Shown: positions 9,694-20,759, numbered from the stretch's first letter. The stretch: 51,313 nucleotides of DNA from Methylococcales bacterium (GCA_028688755.1 JAQTXN010000001.1:1-51313); one strand, 5' to 3'. The notes: generated by a model not told the origin, from the letters alone. Numbers and translations are program-made.

Positions 9694-10314
9694 ATGAATG
9701 AGTCACTCGAAAATATGGAAAAAAACATTTTGAATCCCAAAAATACGGCTACACAAGACGAAATTTTACGCACGGCATTGAGTTTATTTGTGCGTAAAGG
9801 CTATTTAAATACGTCGCTTTCAGACATCGCGCAAGCCGCGAAATTGTCTCAAACTCAGGAAATTTATCTTTATTTTTCAAGCAAACAAGAACTTGCCGTT
9901 GAAGTCTATAACACGGTTTTAGACAGTTTGAGCGTATCGATTGATGAAATTCGTCGTCGTTATAAAAAATCGGCTGAACAATTGCACAGTTTAGTGGATT
10001 TATTTTTTAAACTTGCTGAAGAAGCCCCTGATGTTTTGCGCTTTTTGTTTGAAGTGAATGCAGACGATTTTTTACCCGCTGATGCAAAACGCTATTTGCA
10101 AACACCAGCCGTGAATAAAATGCTCAAGATGATTCAACTAGGCATCAATAGCGGTGAAATTAAAAGCCTTGCGCCAATGCTGATTTATACCTATTTCTTC
10201 GGCATCATTAACACCACATTACGCATGATCTTAAACGGTACACTTGATAAGAAAAGCGAATTATATCAATCACAAGCGTGGCTAGCTGCGTGGAATACTA
10301 TCGCTAAAAAATAA
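9694..10314 (+). CDS. TetR/AcrR family transcriptional regulator
   Basis: N-terminal HTH typical of TetR (ILRTALSLFVRKGYLNTSLSDIAQAAKLSQ) followed by a helical C-terminal ligand domain. Confidence 0.8.
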   Translation: MNESLENMEKNILNPKNTATQDEILRTALSLFVRKGYLNTSLSDIAQAAKLSQTQEIYLYFSSKQELAVEVYNTVLDSLSVSIDEIRRRYKKSAEQLHSLVDLFFKLAEEAPDVLRFLFEVNADDFLPADAKRYLQTPAVNKMLKMIQLGINSGEIKSLAPMLIYTYFFGIINTTLRMILNGTLDKKSELYQSQAWLAAWNTIAKK

Positions 10315-10342
10315 TCTACAAAGTGAGAAAGAGCCTGCCATT

Positions 10343-13300
10343 ATGACGACAATATCCAGTGAGAAAAAACCTAGCTGGAAAAGAGCCGCGCAAGCCAAAA
10401 AACGGACGCTCACGTCAATAACACGAGCATTTTATGCACTCACAATACTGGGTGTGTTAGTTATCACAATCGTTACGCTCGTACAGGTTGATCGCTTTTT
10501 ACAAAACGAATTGCATTTTAGGATTCGCGATCTTGTCAACGTCATGGCAACAAACATTGATGGCGATATGCACCGTCAAATTCGCACTATTGATGACAGT
10601 AAAACAGCTGAATACCTTAAATTAAAAAACAATTTGCAAGAAATGCGTCAGCGTGGCACGGAGATAGCTAATGCGTACACGATGCGAAAAATGGATGATG
10701 GCACAATTGTTTTTATCGTCGATGGTTCAGCCAAAGACCAAAATGAAATTGGCGATGTTTATCCCAATAAATCCGTCACAGCAACACTTCTAAACGCCTT
10801 TAACGCAACCCTTCAAAGTCACGAAGTCTATATTGAACCCCAAATTTACAAAGACGATTGGGGCGTTTGGCTATCTGCTTATGCACCGATTTTTGATTCT
10901 TCAGGCAAACTCGATGGCATTCTTGGCATTGATGTTTCAGCTCAAAGTATTCAAACGCATCAATTTGAAAGTATTGTAATAATTTCCGTTACATCTTTTA
11001 TTGTGGTAATCATTACGCTTCCTTTTGTGTTTCGTTTGATGAATTTCATAAAAGTCATGACTACAGAATTAGAGCAAGTCAATTTTGAATTAAAACGTCA
11101 ACAATACGCGCTGAATCAACACGCAATTGTCAGTATCGCTGATAAAACGGGACGTATTGTTTATATAAATGATAAGTTCGCTCAAATTAGCGGTTATTTA
11201 GCTCATGAACTAATTGGACAAGACCACCGTTTATTAAATTCAGGCGTTCATCCAAAAGAATTTTTTATGACGATGTGGGAAACCATTCGTAACGGAAAAG
11301 TGTGGCATTCCGATATTTGTAATCGTGCAAAAGATGGGCATTTATATTGGGTTCAGTCCACCATCGTGCCGTTTTTGGATGCGAATGGAAAAATAGAATC
11401 GTACATTTCGATGCGTACTGACATTTCAGCGCAAAAAGAAATGGAACAAGCCGCTGTTAAATCTGAAGAATGGCAACGCACGGTACTCAATAATTTAGGC
11501 GATGGTGTGTATTTACTGAATTTGAATGGGCAATTAACCTATTTAAACGAAACAGGTGAACGATTATTTGGCTATAAATTTGCCGAACTTAAAGATAAGA
11601 AAGTACACGACATCTTGCATCATCATCGACCTGATGGCTCATTTTTATCGTCACAAGCCTGTCCAATTTTGCTCAATATGCACAAGCAAATTGAGTACAA
11701 ATCCGATGACGAATTGTTTTTTAGAAAAGATGGAACGTGTTTTAGCGCAAGTGTTTCCTGTACGCCGTTATTTGAAAGTAGTAAATTAGTTGGCGTTGTC
11801 GTTTGTTTTCGAGACATTAGCGAACAACGTATCATTCAACTACAGTTAATCGAAGCAAAAGATGCCGCCGAGCAAGCCACAAAAGTAAAATCTGAATTTC
11901 TCTCAACCATGAGTCATGAAATTCGCACGCCAATGAATGGCATTATGGGCATGACAGATTTGTTACTCGATACGCCGCTTGATGCAGAGCAACTCGAATT
12001 CACCACCATTATTAAAAATTCATCTAACGCGCTACTTGGCATCATCAACGATATTTTAGATTTTTCGAAAATTGAAGCCGGGCAGTTTGAACTCGAAAAT
12101 ATCGGTTTTTCGTTTAACGATGTTATTGACGGCAGTAACGATGTGATTGCTCCTCGCGCTCACGAAAAAGCGTTGTCGTTAATCAGTTATGTTGACCCGA
12201 AAATTCCTGAACATTTGCTTGGCGACCCGATGCGTTTGCGGCAAATTGTGTTGAACTTTTTAAGTAATGCCATCAAATTCACTGATGAAGGAACGGTGTT
12301 AATTCGGGCAATTTTAAAAAAACGAGTCGGCAAAAAGTGCTGGGTACGCATTGAAATTACCGATAACGGTATTGGCATTTCTGAAGAAGCACAACAACGT
12401 CTTTTTCAACCTTTTTCCCAAGCCGACAGTTCTACGACACGCAAATACGGCGGAACGGGGTTAGGTTTGTCGATTTGTAAAAGACTGATTGAACTGATGC
12501 ACGGGCGCATTGGCGTAGAAAGTGAACTCGGTCACGGCTCAACATTTTGGATGGAAGTGCCATTCAAATTGGCAAACAATGTTGCTGAACACGTTATGAC
12601 TAGCCACAAATTAAAAAACAAAGTGATGTTAGTGTTGGGTTATAACGAAGGGCATCATGAAATTTATGTGTCCTACTTGAATGAGTGGGGGGTAGATGTT
12701 CATTCGTATGACAACATTTCAGAAACGCCCGCGCTTTTAGAACAAGTGAAAGATAATGCAAAATCGTATGATGCTATTTTGCTTGCTGGATTGGTTTTTG
12801 ATGAATTGCTAAATGTCGTTCAATTATTGCGTGCCGAAGAGGCTTTTGCACAAGTACCAATTATTGTTTGCCAACCATCACGCGAACCAGAAGTACGTCA
12901 CAAATTGCTGAATGCAGGTGCGAACCAAATTTTGATTACGCCTGTTAAACAATCGACATTATTTGATGGTTTGATTGAGGTTTTTTATCACGAAACCCAC
13001 ACGCATGTTGCGACAAAAACTATTCTTACTCACTTTGCCGCGAATGCAGGGCAAAAACACCGTGTATTGTTAGTGGAAGATAATACGGTTAATCAAAGAA
13101 TTGCGGTTCGATTGTTGGAAAAAATGGGCTTAGACGTGGATATTGCCAATAATGGGCAGGAAGCGTTTGACGTGTTGACGACGAACCATGATTACGCATT
13201 AGTGTTAATGGATTGCCAAATGCCAATTATGGATGGTTTTGTTGCAACACGCTTGATTCGCCATCATGAATCAAATCATAACTTCATCCCTGTTCCGATT

Positions 13301-13822
13301 GTCGCTATGACGGCGAATGCTATGCAAGGCGATAGAGAACGTTGCCTTGACGCGGGTATGGATGATTACATTTCAAAACCTATCGAAATTGAAAAATTAC
13401 AACAAACCTTAAAAAAATGGTTACTCGATACTTACGATAGTGTCGATGAAGTCAAAACTAACGACACAGAAATCGCTGCAATTCAAAACACGTCGCCTGC
13501 TATTGATATACGTCGAATGCTAAATTTATTTGATGGTGATAAAGAAATTATTGATGAATTATTTGACGTTTTTTATGAATCAATAGACCCGTTAAAAGAA
13601 AAATTAACCAATGCTGTCAAGACGAACAGTGAAACGATTACAGAAATTATTCATAACATTAAAGGTTCAAGCGCAAACATCGGCGCAGAAGTTTTGCGTG
13701 AATTGTGCGAAAAAGCAGAACGCGTTGTGGCAACAAAAAATTGGACTGAAATTGAAACATTCGCCATTCAAATTGAACAAGAATTAAATCGCGTTAAAGT
13801 CTTTATTGAAAACAATAAATAA
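10343..13822 (+). CDS. Hybrid sensor histidine kinase (Cache-like periplasmic domain, 2 PAS, HisKA, HATPase, degenerate receiver, REC, HPt)
   Basis: Two TM segments flank a Cache-like region (DDWGVWLSAYAPIFDSSGKLDGILGIDVS). PAS/PAC blocks are present. H-box SHEIRTPMNG. N/G boxes NAIKFT, DNGIGI, GGTGLGLSI. REC VLLVEDN...LMDCQMPIMDG...K. HPt IIHNIKGSSANIGA. Confidence 0.9.
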   Translation: MTTISSEKKPSWKRAAQAKKRTLTSITRAFYALTILGVLVITIVTLVQVDRFLQNELHFRIRDLVNVMATNIDGDMHRQIRTIDDSKTAEYLKLKNNLQEMRQRGTEIANAYTMRKMDDGTIVFIVDGSAKDQNEIGDVYPNKSVTATLLNAFNATLQSHEVYIEPQIYKDDWGVWLSAYAPIFDSSGKLDGILGIDVSAQSIQTHQFESIVIISVTSFIVVIITLPFVFRLMNFIKVMTTELEQVNFELKRQQYALNQHAIVSIADKTGRIVYINDKFAQISGYLAHELIGQDHRLLNSGVHPKEFFMTMWETIRNGKVWHSDICNRAKDGHLYWVQSTIVPFLDANGKIESYISMRTDISAQKEMEQAAVKSEEWQRTVLNNLGDGVYLLNLNGQLTYLNETGERLFGYKFAELKDKKVHDILHHHRPDGSFLSSQACPILLNMHKQIEYKSDDELFFRKDGTCFSASVSCTPLFESSKLVGVVVCFRDISEQRIIQLQLIEAKDAAEQATKVKSEFLSTMSHEIRTPMNGIMGMTDLLLDTPLDAEQLEFTTIIKNSSNALLGIINDILDFSKIEAGQFELENIGFSFNDVIDGSNDVIAPRAHEKALSLISYVDPKIPEHLLGDPMRLRQIVLNFLSNAIKFTDEGTVLIRAILKKRVGKKCWVRIEITDNGIGISEEAQQRLFQPFSQADSSTTRKYGGTGLGLSICKRLIELMHGRIGVESELGHGSTFWMEVPFKLANNVAEHVMTSHKLKNKVMLVLGYNEGHHEIYVSYLNEWGVDVHSYDNISETPALLEQVKDNAKSYDAILLAGLVFDELLNVVQLLRAEEAFAQVPIIVCQPSREPEVRHKLLNAGANQILITPVKQSTLFDGLIEVFYHETHTHVATKTILTHFAANAGQKHRVLLVEDNTVNQRIAVRLLEKMGLDVDIANNGQEAFDVLTTNHDYALVLMDCQMPIMDGFVATRLIRHHESNHNFIPVPIVAMTANAMQGDRERCLDAGMDDYISKPIEIEKLQQTLKKWLLDTYDSVDEVKTNDTEIAAIQNTSPAIDIRRMLNLFDGDKEIIDELFDVFYESIDPLKEKLTNAVKTNSETITEIIHNIKGSSANIGAEVLRELCEKAERVVATKNWTEIETFAIQIEQELNRVKVFIENNK

Positions 13823-13869
13823 CGCGCGGATAACCAAATGAATTTAAAAAGTAAAGGATAGGATTTTTC

Positions 13870-14934
13870 ATGTCTCGAGTGCTAATTGTTGATGATAACC
13901 AAACAAATTTGACCCTATTTCGTCATTTGCTAAAAAGAGTTGACGACGTAACGGAATCAATTTGTTTTGATGATCCAATAAAAGCCTTAGCTTGGGCAAG
14001 TACGAACGAACCCGATTTAGTGTTACTCGATTACATGATGCCTGTCATGAATGGTTTGGAATTTTTAGCGAAGTTTCGGGCAATGGAGGATTACAAAGAT
14101 ATTCCCATTATCATCGTGACAGCCGATACAGAAAACGAAGTCAAACAAAAAGCGTTAGAACTTGGCGCACATGATTTTTTAAATAAACCCGTCGATAAAA
14201 TGGAATTACTTGCGCGGGTAAAAAATTTACTGATGTTGCGTGAAACACAACATGCGCTCTCAGATAGAGCGGCTTGGCTTGCTTGTGAAGTCAAAAAAGC
14301 CACTACCGATTTGCGAGCCAGAGAAAGAGAAATGGTACTGCGTCTTTCACGCGCTGCCGAGCATCGTGATCCTGAAACAGGGCAACATTTGATTCGCATG
14401 GCAAATTATTCAAAGTTAATTGCGCGAGAATTAGGGCTGTCTGAAACCGAACAAGAGTTAATTTTAGAAGCGGCACCGATGCACGACATTGGTAAAGTCG
14501 CGACACCTGATGCGATTTTACTTAAACAAGGCAAACTCAGTGATGAAGAATTTGCAATTATGAAACAACATGCGATGACGGGGTACAGCATTTTGAGTGG
14601 CAGTGATTCACTGCTGATTCGCACCGCAGCCACTATGGCACTGAGTCATCACGAGAAATTTGATGGTAGTGGTTATCCAAACGGTTTAAAAGGGGAACAA
14701 ATCCCTATTTACGGGCGCATTGTGGCGGTTGCAGACGTTTTTGATGCGCTAACTTCTGCACGCCCTTACAAAAAAGCATGGACAATTGACGCAGCAGCTC
14801 AATTTCTACAAGATCATGCCCCCTCGCATTTTGATCCTCAATGTGTGGCGGCTTTTTTTCGAGCGTGGGATGAAATACTCGAAATTCATACCTGTTATAA
14901 AGATGAAAGTGGTATTGATATGGAGCAGTTTTAA
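13870..14934 (+). CDS. Response regulator with HD-GYP domain (c-di-GMP phosphodiesterase, RpfG-like)
   Basis: REC (VLIVDDN...LLDYMMPVMNG...K) followed by HD-GYP motifs HDIGKV and HHEKFDGSGYP. Confidence 0.9.
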   Translation: MSRVLIVDDNQTNLTLFRHLLKRVDDVTESICFDDPIKALAWASTNEPDLVLLDYMMPVMNGLEFLAKFRAMEDYKDIPIIIVTADTENEVKQKALELGAHDFLNKPVDKMELLARVKNLLMLRETQHALSDRAAWLACEVKKATTDLRAREREMVLRLSRAAEHRDPETGQHLIRMANYSKLIARELGLSETEQELILEAAPMHDIGKVATPDAILLKQGKLSDEEFAIMKQHAMTGYSILSGSDSLLIRTAATMALSHHEKFDGSGYPNGLKGEQIPIYGRIVAVADVFDALTSARPYKKAWTIDAAAQFLQDHAPSHFDPQCVAAFFRAWDEILEIHTCYKDESGIDMEQF

Positions 14935-14939
14935 GCGTT

Positions 14940-16088
14940 ATGCCCTCTAATCGATCTTTTAAAATTTGTCTGAGCGCGGGCGAAAGTTCGGGCGATTCTC
15001 ATGCAGCCAATCTGTATTTAGAACTTAAAAAACAATTCCCAAAACTTCACGCTATCGGAATGGGTGGTGCGAAAATGTCTCAAGCGGGCATTTCACTTTG
15101 CTATGATTCCAGTCAAATTGCGGTCATTGGCGCAGTGGAAGTCATCAAACATTATGTTGAAATCCGTCGCGCGTTGAAAAAGATGCAGGAATTATTACTT
15201 AACGAACGTCCCGATTTGTTGATTTGCGTTGATTACAAAGAGTTTAATTATCAACTTGCTAAATTTGCGAAACAAAATGGCATCAAAGTGTTGTTTTATG
15301 TCAGTCCGCAGGTGTGGGCGTGGCGTAAAAATCGCGTTAAAAAATACGGCGCAGTCATTGACATGATGGCGGTTATTTTTCCATTTGAAACCGCATATTA
15401 CGAGGCTGAAAACGTCCCAGTGCGTTATGTTGGGCATCCATCTGTAGATAAAGTGATACCAAAATTATCCAAATCAGAAGCACTTAAACAATTCAATTTA
15501 GATGCCGATGCCCCCATTATTGGCTTAGTCGCGGGAAGCCGTGCGAATGAAATTAAACGTTTGTTGCCCGTGATGCTTGACGCAGCACTAAAACTAAAAG
15601 TGGATTTTCCCAACGCGCAATTTATTTTGCCGCAAGCCGATTCGTTACCTGATTCACTGATTCGAAATTATTTAAATCGCGTTAAGGTGAATGTCACTGT
15701 GATTAAAAATCAGCCTTATGATGTGATGCAATGTTGCGATGCGATTATGACGTGTTCGGGAACGGCAACGCTTGAAATTGCCTTACTTGGCATTCCGATG
15801 GTGATTTGTTATCGCTTGAATTCGCTGACCTATTTCTTAGGAAAAATGCTGGTCAAAACACGCTTTATTGGTTTACCTAATATCATTTTTGGTGAAAGCA
15901 TTGTGCGTGAGTTAATTCAAAATGAGGCGACAGCGCAAAATTTAGCGACTGAAATCACGCATTTTTTAACCAATAAAGAAGCCGCACAAAATTGTCGGAC
16001 TGATTTAGAGATTGTGCGCGAAAAATTAGGGCAGGGTGGCGGCATTCAAAACATGGCACAGCTAGTCAGAGAAATGTTGCATGCTTAA
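14940..16088 (+). CDS. lpxB: Lipid-A-disaccharide synthase
   Basis: N-terminal ICLSAGESSGDSHAANL plus YVSPQVWAWR and the GTATLE...G.PMV motifs typical of LpxB; about 380 aa. Confidence 0.9.
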   Translation: MPSNRSFKICLSAGESSGDSHAANLYLELKKQFPKLHAIGMGGAKMSQAGISLCYDSSQIAVIGAVEVIKHYVEIRRALKKMQELLLNERPDLLICVDYKEFNYQLAKFAKQNGIKVLFYVSPQVWAWRKNRVKKYGAVIDMMAVIFPFETAYYEAENVPVRYVGHPSVDKVIPKLSKSEALKQFNLDADAPIIGLVAGSRANEIKRLLPVMLDAALKLKVDFPNAQFILPQADSLPDSLIRNYLNRVKVNVTVIKNQPYDVMQCCDAIMTCSGTATLEIALLGIPMVICYRLNSLTYFLGKMLVKTRFIGLPNIIFGESIVRELIQNEATAQNLATEITHFLTNKEAAQNCRTDLEIVREKLGQGGGIQNMAQLVREMLHA

Positions 16089-17919
16089 CAAAAACATTTT
16101 TAAAAGTCGCTTGTTTAAAAAAACTCTGCCACATAAAAAAATTTTTCATGCGAGTTTCAAAGATTTTCCGCTGTTGCCTGTTTTAACAACGGCTTTTTTT
16201 TACGCTCTTTGTTACGTCATCAGTGTTGTGTTTTTCGATGTACAAATTTTTCTTGAAGCGATTCCGATTGATTTTTTAACACAGCTCATTTTTGCTTATA
16301 TTTTGTACGCGCTGTCACGTCGGGCGTGGAGTTTTACGATTTTGCACGCGCTGATTATGGGGATTTTATATGTCGGGAATCCGATAAAAATCGCTTTTTT
16401 CGGTGGCCCTTTGATGCCCGATGATATTTTTGCTTTGCGTTCACTACTTTTAATTTTGAACGGTTGGCAATTTATCGCTTTAGCGATTGTTTTAGCGGGC
16501 TTAGTTAGCCTGACGTTTTTTAATCTCACGGTGCGTCATTGGCACAATTATGTGGGTGGCGTATTTGCAAGTTTGTTAACGCTTACAACACTTTATCAAC
16601 CTAATTTAATTGTTGAACCGATTGATACTCACATTGGCACAATGCCATGGAATCAGCGTTCAAATTACGTTTGGCAAGGTGCGACAATTCACACACTGGT
16701 TGAAACGGCACGATTTTTTTTACTTGCTGACAGTGCGCCTGATATTGGGGATGCAAAGGAAGCTGCCGAATTTTTGTTAAATCAGCATACGGAAAAAAAT
16801 ACCTTTGAAAATTTCACGCCACGCAATGTACATTTGATTTTGTTGGAGTCATTTTGGGACGCAAATAAATTAACGAAAGTGAAATTTAGTAAAAATCCAC
16901 TTGCAGACGATTTTCGTAAATTATGGAAAAGTGCAGGTAATTCAACATCGATTGTGCCTGTTTTTGCTGGTATGACCGCAAATTCAGAATTTGAAGTCTT
17001 GTGCGGTTTTCCCGTCACAAAAGACACAGTGAAATTTGAACGGCAATTGATTAACGATGTGCCATGCTTACCGCGTTTATTGGGCGATTATGGTTATAAA
17101 ACGATTGCTTCACACCCCAACACGCCCGTTTTTTGGAATCGGGTGAATGCCTATAAAAGGGTGGGTTTTGAAACGTATTGGTCAGAAGGTGATTTTGTGT
17201 TGGACGATATTAACCGCGAATTTTTAGGTGACAGTTCGCTATATCGTCAAGTGCTAGAAAAATTACCGCTGAATAATGGACAACCTGTTTTAGATTACAT
17301 CGTGACGTATTTTGGGCATTGGGATTATCCACTTAATGAAAATCGCCCTGTGCAAATTACTAGCAATTCACAAGTTGAAGAAGTGAATGGTTACGCGAAC
17401 ACGACTTACTATAAATCGCGTGAATTCATGGATTTTGTCAAAGAATTACAAAAACGCGACCCTGATGGCATTATTGTGGCATTTGGTGATCATTTACCAT
17501 TCTTGGGCGAAAATTTTGCAGGTTATGAAGAATCGGGCGTTTTAGCGGATAATCGCGGTGAATTTTCAGACGCGATGTTTCAGTTCCATGTTAGCACGCC
17601 GCTGATTGTCATCGATGGTAAAAAAGGAGCGGTGAAAACAGGGCGTTTACCGCTTTACCAAGTGCCAAAACTGATTTTAGATTTGCTACATTTTAATGAG
17701 CAAACCATCATGGATTACACGATTCCACCTGCTGATAGACGCATTCGCCCGCTGGTGAATTTTCATTTTGATGAATTTAACGACGGACACGTCAGTGTAT
17801 GTAAAGAACCGCCTTATTCGCCCGAATGCCAAGAATCACTCAAATGGGTGCAAGCAGTCAAAGTTGTCAGTAATGATTTATTTATTGGTAAACAAATCAC
17901 GCGACCTGCGACAAATTAA
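16081..17919 (+). CDS. LTA-synthase/sulfatase-family membrane protein (alkaline-phosphatase superfamily; phospho-headgroup transferase-like)
   Basis: Multi-TM N-terminus followed by a sulfatase-type domain (VHLILLESFWD; nucleophile region GMTANSEFEVLCGFP; GDHLP). The start overlaps the lpxB stop by 8 nt. Confidence 0.75.
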   Translation: MLNKNIFKSRLFKKTLPHKKIFHASFKDFPLLPVLTTAFFYALCYVISVVFFDVQIFLEAIPIDFLTQLIFAYILYALSRRAWSFTILHALIMGILYVGNPIKIAFFGGPLMPDDIFALRSLLLILNGWQFIALAIVLAGLVSLTFFNLTVRHWHNYVGGVFASLLTLTTLYQPNLIVEPIDTHIGTMPWNQRSNYVWQGATIHTLVETARFFLLADSAPDIGDAKEAAEFLLNQHTEKNTFENFTPRNVHLILLESFWDANKLTKVKFSKNPLADDFRKLWKSAGNSTSIVPVFAGMTANSEFEVLCGFPVTKDTVKFERQLINDVPCLPRLLGDYGYKTIASHPNTPVFWNRVNAYKRVGFETYWSEGDFVLDDINREFLGDSSLYRQVLEKLPLNNGQPVLDYIVTYFGHWDYPLNENRPVQITSNSQVEEVNGYANTTYYKSREFMDFVKELQKRDPDGIIVAFGDHLPFLGENFAGYEESGVLADNRGEFSDAMFQFHVSTPLIVIDGKKGAVKTGRLPLYQVPKLILDLLHFNEQTIMDYTIPPADRRIRPLVNFHFDEFNDGHVSVCKEPPYSPECQESLKWVQAVKVVSNDLFIGKQITRPATN

Positions 17920-17945
17920 CCTTTTTTAATTTTTAGAGATTTTTA

Positions 17946-18377
17946 GTGAGAACGTTACACAACCAAGAATATGTCTTAACAAAAAAAGACTTAATCATTT
18001 CAAAAACCGATTTACAAGGAAATATTACCTACGTTAACAATGATTTAGTTCGAATCAGTGGTTATTCAAGAGAAGAATTGATTGATAAACCACATAATAT
18101 TTTTCGTCATCCAGACATGCCAAAAGAAGTTTTTGAAGGGCTTTGGCGTGCAATAAAACAGCGCGTTTTGTGGACGGGGATTGTTAAAAACAAAACAAAA
18201 TACGGTGGTTTTTATTGGGTGCGTGCTGAAATCACACAAATTTATGATGAACATCGCAAAACAATTGGCTATATGTCAGTGCGGCGACACGTTGATCCAA
18301 AAGATATTGAAAAAGCAAAAAAGATTTATGCCGATATAAAGGCGGGGCATTCATGGAGTTTTATTCCATTCAAATAA
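17946..18377 (+). CDS. Stand-alone Aer-type PAS domain protein (putative FAD-binding redox sensor)
   Basis: GTG start. ISKTDLQGNITYVNNDLVRISGYSREELIDKPHNIFRHPDMPKEVFEGLW...WTGIVKNKTKYGGFYWVRA closely follows the E. coli Aer N-terminal PAS signature. There is no HAMP or MCP region. Confidence 0.8.
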   Translation: MRTLHNQEYVLTKKDLIISKTDLQGNITYVNNDLVRISGYSREELIDKPHNIFRHPDMPKEVFEGLWRAIKQRVLWTGIVKNKTKYGGFYWVRAEITQIYDEHRKTIGYMSVRRHVDPKDIEKAKKIYADIKAGHSWSFIPFK

Positions 18378-18459
18378 ACACAGGGTTTAGCCCCCATTTT
18401 TTTGTAAAATACGTCAAATACTCAAAAACTAAATTTTAAAAACTCTAACTTCAAAAATT

Positions 18460-19800
18460 ATGACCCAAAAACTCTATATTCAAACCAACGGTTGCCAAAT
18501 GAACGAATACGATTCGGACAAAATGCGTGACGTGTTGCAGGCTTCACATGGATTTGAATTAACGGATGACCCAAAATTAGCCGACGTTTTATTACTCAAC
18601 ACTTGTTCAATTCGTGAAAAAGCCGAAGAAAAAGTTTTTTCTGCGCTCGGCAGATGGCGAAAAATTAAAGACAAACGTCCTGATGTCATTATTGGTGTAG
18701 GCGGTTGCGTTGCCAGTCAAGAAGGCGCAGCCATTCAAAAACGTGCGCCGTTTGTCGATATGGTTTTTGGCCCGCAAACCTTGCACCGCTTGCCACAATT
18801 ACTCAATGAAGTTCGCTCGCAACATAAACCAGTGGTCGATATTTCTTTTCCTGAAATTGAAAAATTCGACAACTTACCCGAAGCGAAAGCAGACGGTGTA
18901 AAAGCGTTTGTATCGGTAATGGAAGGTTGCAGCAAATACTGCACCTATTGCGTTGTGCCATACACTCGCGGTGAAGAAATTAGTCGTCCACTCGAAGACG
19001 TGTTAGCTGAAATTCGCGTATTAGCAAAACAAGGCGTGCGCGAAATTAACTTACTTGGTCAAAACGTAAATGCCTATCGCGGCGAAATGGAAGATGGCGA
19101 AATTGCCGATTTTTCATTATTGCTTCACGCGGTTGCAGCAATAGAAGGCATCGACCGTTTGCGTTTTACCACGTCGCACCCGATGGAATTTACTGATGAA
19201 TTGATTGAAGCCTTTGCAGAAATTCCACAGCTTGTGAACCATCTTCATTTGCCCGTACAAAGCGGCAGCAATGCCATTTTAAAAGCAATGAAACGGGGGC
19301 ATGTAATCGACGATTACAAAGAAATCATTCGTAAATTGCGCGAAGTTCGTCCTGATATTTGTTTATCGTCTGACTTTATTATTGGTTTCCCTGGTGAAAC
19401 CGACGTTGAATTTGAAGAAACGATGCAATTTATCGACGAAATGAATTTTGATTTGTCATTTAGTTTTATTTACAGCGCACGTCCAGGAACGCCTGCGGCA
19501 GAATTTGAAGACAACGTGCCGCTTGAAGTGAAAAAAGAACGTTTGGAACGTTTCCAAAATCGGATTAACGAAATGGCAAACGCGATTGCGGAAAAAATGA
19601 TTGGCACAACGCAAACCATTTTGGTCGAAGGACAATCCAAGAAAAATCCATTGCAAATGCAAGGACGCACCGAAAATAACCGCGTGGTGAATTTCATTGG
19701 GCATCCGCGTTTAACGGGGCAATTTGTGGATGTGTTAATTACCGAGTCGCTCACAAATTCGTTGCGTGGTCGAATGATTGATTTAAGGGCGGTCGCATGA
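18460..19800 (+). CDS. miaB: tRNA-2-methylthio-N6-dimethylallyladenosine synthase
   Basis: UPF0004 N-domain ([14 protein letters not shown]...NTCSIREKA), radical-SAM [15 protein letters not shown] and a TRAM C-terminus. Confidence 0.95.
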   Translation: MTQKLYIQTNGCQMNEYDSDKMRDVLQASHGFELTDDPKLADVLLLNTCSIREKAEEKVFSALGRWRKIKDKRPDVIIGVGGCVASQEGAAIQKRAPFVDMVFGPQTLHRLPQLLNEVRSQHKPVVDISFPEIEKFDNLPEAKADGVKAFVSVMEGCSKYCTYCVVPYTRGEEISRPLEDVLAEIRVLAKQGVREINLLGQNVNAYRGEMEDGEIADFSLLLHAVAAIEGIDRLRFTTSHPMEFTDELIEAFAEIPQLVNHLHLPVQSGSNAILKAMKRGHVIDDYKEIIRKLREVRPDICLSSDFIIGFPGETDVEFEETMQFIDEMNFDLSFSFIYSARPGTPAAEFEDNVPLEVKKERLERFQNRINEMANAIAEKMIGTTQTILVEGQSKKNPLQMQGRTENNRVVNFIGHPRLTGQFVDVLITESLTNSLRGRMIDLRAVA

Positions 19801-20759
19801 GTTCGCTCGATTTAGTTTTACTGTCAGACGACAATGAACGTTTAATCAATTTTTGCGGACAATATGACGAGCATTTACGGCATTTAGAAAAACGTCTCGG
19901 TGTACAAATTGCGAATCGTGGTAATCATTTTCAAATTGATGGTGACGAAACCGTGATTGCTGGTTGTCGAGCGGTGATGGAATCGTTATTTGCTGCAACG
20001 GAAAAAGATTTTATTACGCCAGAACTCGTGCATTTGGCGTTGCAAGAAGCGTCGATTGAAGTGAGTTTGCAACCTGAAATTCCTGTCGTAGAACCTGTCG
20101 TTATTAAAACCAAACACGGTTTAATCAAAGGGCGTGGCGCGAATCAAATCGGTTATTTACAAAAAATTGTCTCGCACGATGTGAATTTTGGTATTGGCCC
20201 TGCGGGAACAGGCAAAACGTATTTGGCTGTGGCGTGTGCGGTTCATGCTTTGCAAACCGAGCAAGTTCGCAAAATCATTCTGGTTCGCCCCGCCGTGGAA
20301 GCGGGTGAAAAATTAGGTTTTTTACCTGGTGATATGGCACAAAAAGTTGACCCCTATTTACGTCCACTTTATGACGCATTGCATGAAATGCTTGGATTAG
20401 AACGCGTTGAGAAATTACTTGAAAAAGGCGTAATTGAAGTTGCACCTCTCGCGTATATGCGCGGTAGAACCTTGAACAACGCTTTTATTATTCTCGACGA
20501 AGCCCAAAACACAACTGTTGAGCAAATCAAAATGTTTTTAACCCGTTTAGGTTTTGGTTCGACGGCGGTGATTACGGGCGATATTACGCAGATTGATTTA
20601 CCGTCAGAAAAAATGTCGGGCTTACATCATGTATTAAAAGTGTTAAGCGAAGTCGAAGGCATTAGTTTCACGCATTTCAGCGCACGCGATGTAGTGCGTC
20701 ATCCGTTAGTGCAACGCATTGTCGAAGCCTACGATGCGTTTGAGAAAAAACCAAAATGA
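19797..20759 (+). CDS. ybeZ: PhoH-like ATPase
   Basis: Walker [21 protein letters not shown] and [11 protein letters not shown]. It overlaps miaB and ybeY by 4 nt each. Confidence 0.9.
   Translation: MSSLDLVLLSDDNERLINFCGQYDEHLRHLEKRLGVQIANRGNHFQIDGDETVIAGCRAVMESLFAATEKDFITPELVHLALQEASIEVSLQPEIPVVEPVVIKTKHGLIKGRGANQIGYLQKIVSHDVNFGIGPAGTGKTYLAVACAVHALQTEQVRKIILVRPAVEAGEKLGFLPGDMAQKVDPYLRPLYDALHEMLGLERVEKLLEKGVIEVAPLAYMRGRTLNNAFIILDEAQNTTVEQIKMFLTRLGFGSTAVITGDITQIDLPSEKMSGLHHVLKVLSEVEGISFTHFSARDVVRHPLVQRIVEAYDAFEKKPK

Noticed and set aside
18378-18412. GGG-TTTAG-CCC followed by a T7 run after the PAS gene as a terminator.
   Set aside because: The stem is only 3-4 bp. The T-run alone is not sufficient evidence.
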